In this document: piece by piece, positions 61,670 through 64,000 of the stretch
How positions within the stretch are numbered: the first letter of the stretch is position 1
Layout of the letters: every line of letters begins with the position of its first letter
NCBI RefSeq assembly: GCF_002113885.1
Contig: NW_018404676.1
Location: 255,453 to 319,452, forward strand
Direction of reading: 5' to 3'
Length of the DNA stretch: 64,000 bases
From: Mizuhopecten yessoensis
Taxonomy: Eukaryota
Position numbers and translations under genes: made by a program
Notes under the pieces: model-generated
Seen by the model: only the letters and a program-made list of their open reading frames with translations
The model's database searches: none
What the model was told of the DNA's origin: nothing

Positions 61670-63068
61670 GGATAACATAGTGTGTGTGGGATTTAAGAAT
61701 AAAAATATGTGTGAATGAGAAATCACAAGGTGTGTGTGAATGAGGAATAACAAGGTGTGTGGAAGAGGAATAGCAAGGTGTGTGTAAATGAGGAATAACA
61801 AGGTGTGTGTAAATGAGGAATAATAATGTGTGTGTGAATGAGAAATAACAAGGTGTGTGTGAATGAGGAATAACAAGGTGTGTATGAATGAGGAATAACA
61901 AGGTGTGTGCATGAATGAGGAATACCAATGTGTGGGAATGAGGAATAACAAGGTGTGGGAATGAGGAATAACAAGGTGTGTGTGAATGAGGAATAACGAG
62001 GTGTGTGTGAATGAGGAATAATAATGTGTGTGTGAATGAGGCATAACAAGGTGTGTGTAAATGAGGAATTACAAGGTGTTTGTAAATGAGGAATAATAAT
62101 GTGTGTGTGAATGAGGAATAACAAGGTGTGTGCATGAATGAGGAATAACAATGTGTGGGAATGAGGAATAAGAAGGTGTGTGTGAATGAGGAATAACAAG
62201 ATGTGTGTGAATGAGGAATAATAATGTGTGTGTGAATGAGGAATAACAATGTGTGTGTGAATGAGGAATAACAAGGTGTGTGTGAATGAGGAATAATAAT
62301 GTGTGTGTGAATGAGAAATAACAAGGTGTGTGTGAATGTGGAATAACAAGGTGTGTATGAATGAGGAATAACAAGGAGTGTGGGAACGAGGAATGACCAG
62401 ATGTGTGTAAATGAGGAATAATAATGTGTGTGTGAATGAGAAATAACAAGGTGTGTGTGAATGAGGAATAACTAGGTGTGTGAATGAGGAATAACAAGGT
62501 GTGTGGGAACGAGGAATGACCAGGTGTGTGTAAATGAGGAATAACTAGGTGTGTGAATGAGGAATCACAATGTGTGTGTGAATGAGGAATAACTCTGTAT
62601 GAATGATGAATACCTAGGTGTGTGAATGAGGAATAACAAGGTGTGTGAATGAGGAATAACATAGTGTGTGAATGAGGAATAACTAGGTGTGTAAATGAGG
62701 AATAACAAGGTGTGTGAATGAGGAATAACTAGGTGTGTGAATGAGGAATAACAAGTTGTGTGGGAATGAGGAATGACAAGGTGTGTGTAAATGAGGAATA
62801 ACAAGTTGTGTGGGAATGAGGAATAACAAGGTGTGTGTGAATGAGGAATAACAAGGTGTGGGAATGAGGAATGACAAGGTGTGTGTAAATGAGGAATAAT
62901 AAGGTGTGTGGGAACGAGGAATGACCAGGTGTGTGTGAATGAGGAATGACCAGGTGTGTGTAAATGAGGAATAACAAGTTGTGTGGGAATGAGGAATAAC
63001 AAGGTGTGTGTGAATGAGGAATAACAAGGTGCGTGTGTGTGAATGAGGAATGACCAGGTGTGTGTAAA
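61670..63068. repeat. ~23-27-bp satellite (gtgtgtgaatgaggaataacaag)n in a KIZ intron
   Basis: More than 50 degenerate units. The many His/Thr-rich minus-strand ORFs here are repeat artefacts. Confidence 0.96.
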
Positions 63069-64000
63069 TTAATATCAGTGATTGCGAGGAATATCTGACT
63101 AAGGCAGGGCTCTCTTTGAACGTTTTTCTTGCTTATCTTTCTGTAATATGCATGGTTTATTGTAGATGTGTTCCAATTTCAGATAAATCTGTTGTGTTAA
63201 CATAAAGCATGTATGAGGTTATTGTACATATGCTTCGACACCAAAGATTATAATATTGACATGTATATATTTTCTGTTAGGCTGTTCTATCTTTGAAGGT
63301 AACAGGTAAATCAGCACCACTTATACAGTTATTAGACTTTGTCTTCATTCATGAAATCATTCATCTTCAGAACCGGGCCGACCATACCATCCTGTGTATC
63401 ATACCGTTTTAGTACATGTACTGTGTAGTCCTTTTTCTATAATACATGTCATGTACAGTCGAGTGTATGGTGCTGTGGTTTGCCTTTTCCTCTTGTGATA
63501 TTATTTTCAATATTTTCAAATACACATAATTATATTATAAAACAGTTTCTAAAACAGGGTATGTCCAAGTTTTTTTTGAAAATCTTAGACGGATAACCTT
63601 TGACCTTCAATGACTCAATTTTAATGTGAAATTTTGTAAAAAAAACAAAACATTGTAAATTGTAGTGATAAACAGCTTTTCAATAACAAAGTGGACCTTT
63701 TCACTTTAGTTTGAAAACCTAAGAAGCTTTTCATACTGATATTAAATGTGGTGTTATAACATTCATTACTTTGAGAGAAATAGATGTTTCAACATAACTT
63801 TTAATGACCTTTAACCCAAAGCTTTGCTGTAGAGTTATCAACTTGAAACAAATTTGAATCAAAGTGAATGTGTGCACAGAGTTTGATATTCTGTCAATAA
63901 TTAATAAAAATAGTAACTTGAAAAATAATCCCTATTTAAAAATGCTCATAAAATAGTTTTTATAAGCTTATAATAGGGTTTGTTGTTATATTACAGTTTA

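Noticed and set aside
61631-63027. His/Thr-rich minus-strand ORFs
   Set aside because: Overlapping in all frames; produced by a satellite that lacks stops on one strand.

Overview
AT-rich, repeat-rich animal genomic DNA. The repeat families suggest a lophotrochozoan, most likely a bivalve mollusc (inference). Four spliced protein-coding genes can be rebuilt exon by exon with GT-AG junctions and consistent phases: (1) the 3' half of TANGO1/MIA3-cTAGE5 (+, 437-10327); (2) a complete 14-exon RADX/CXorf57 OB-fold gene (-, 17377-35982); (3) a two-exon divergent PRD-class (Q50) homeobox gene with an unrecognised C-terminal domain (-, 39770-41182); (4) kizuna/KIZ (+, 41855 to beyond the window), head-to-head with the homeobox gene. 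Introns and intergenic DNA hold an internally deleted Penelope-like element with a point-mutated minimal hammerhead ribozyme, HINE/Helentron-like elements, MITEs, SINEs, LINE fragments, minisatellites and one N gap. The most striking pattern: in three different genes, five clear intronic minisatellites (plus one decayed one) are tandem copies of the exon end plus its own 5' splice donor, giving banks of about 10-40 decoy donors. All six unit lengths are 3n+2, and in the four young arrays abutting their exon, use of a downstream donor gives a premature stop or frameshift.
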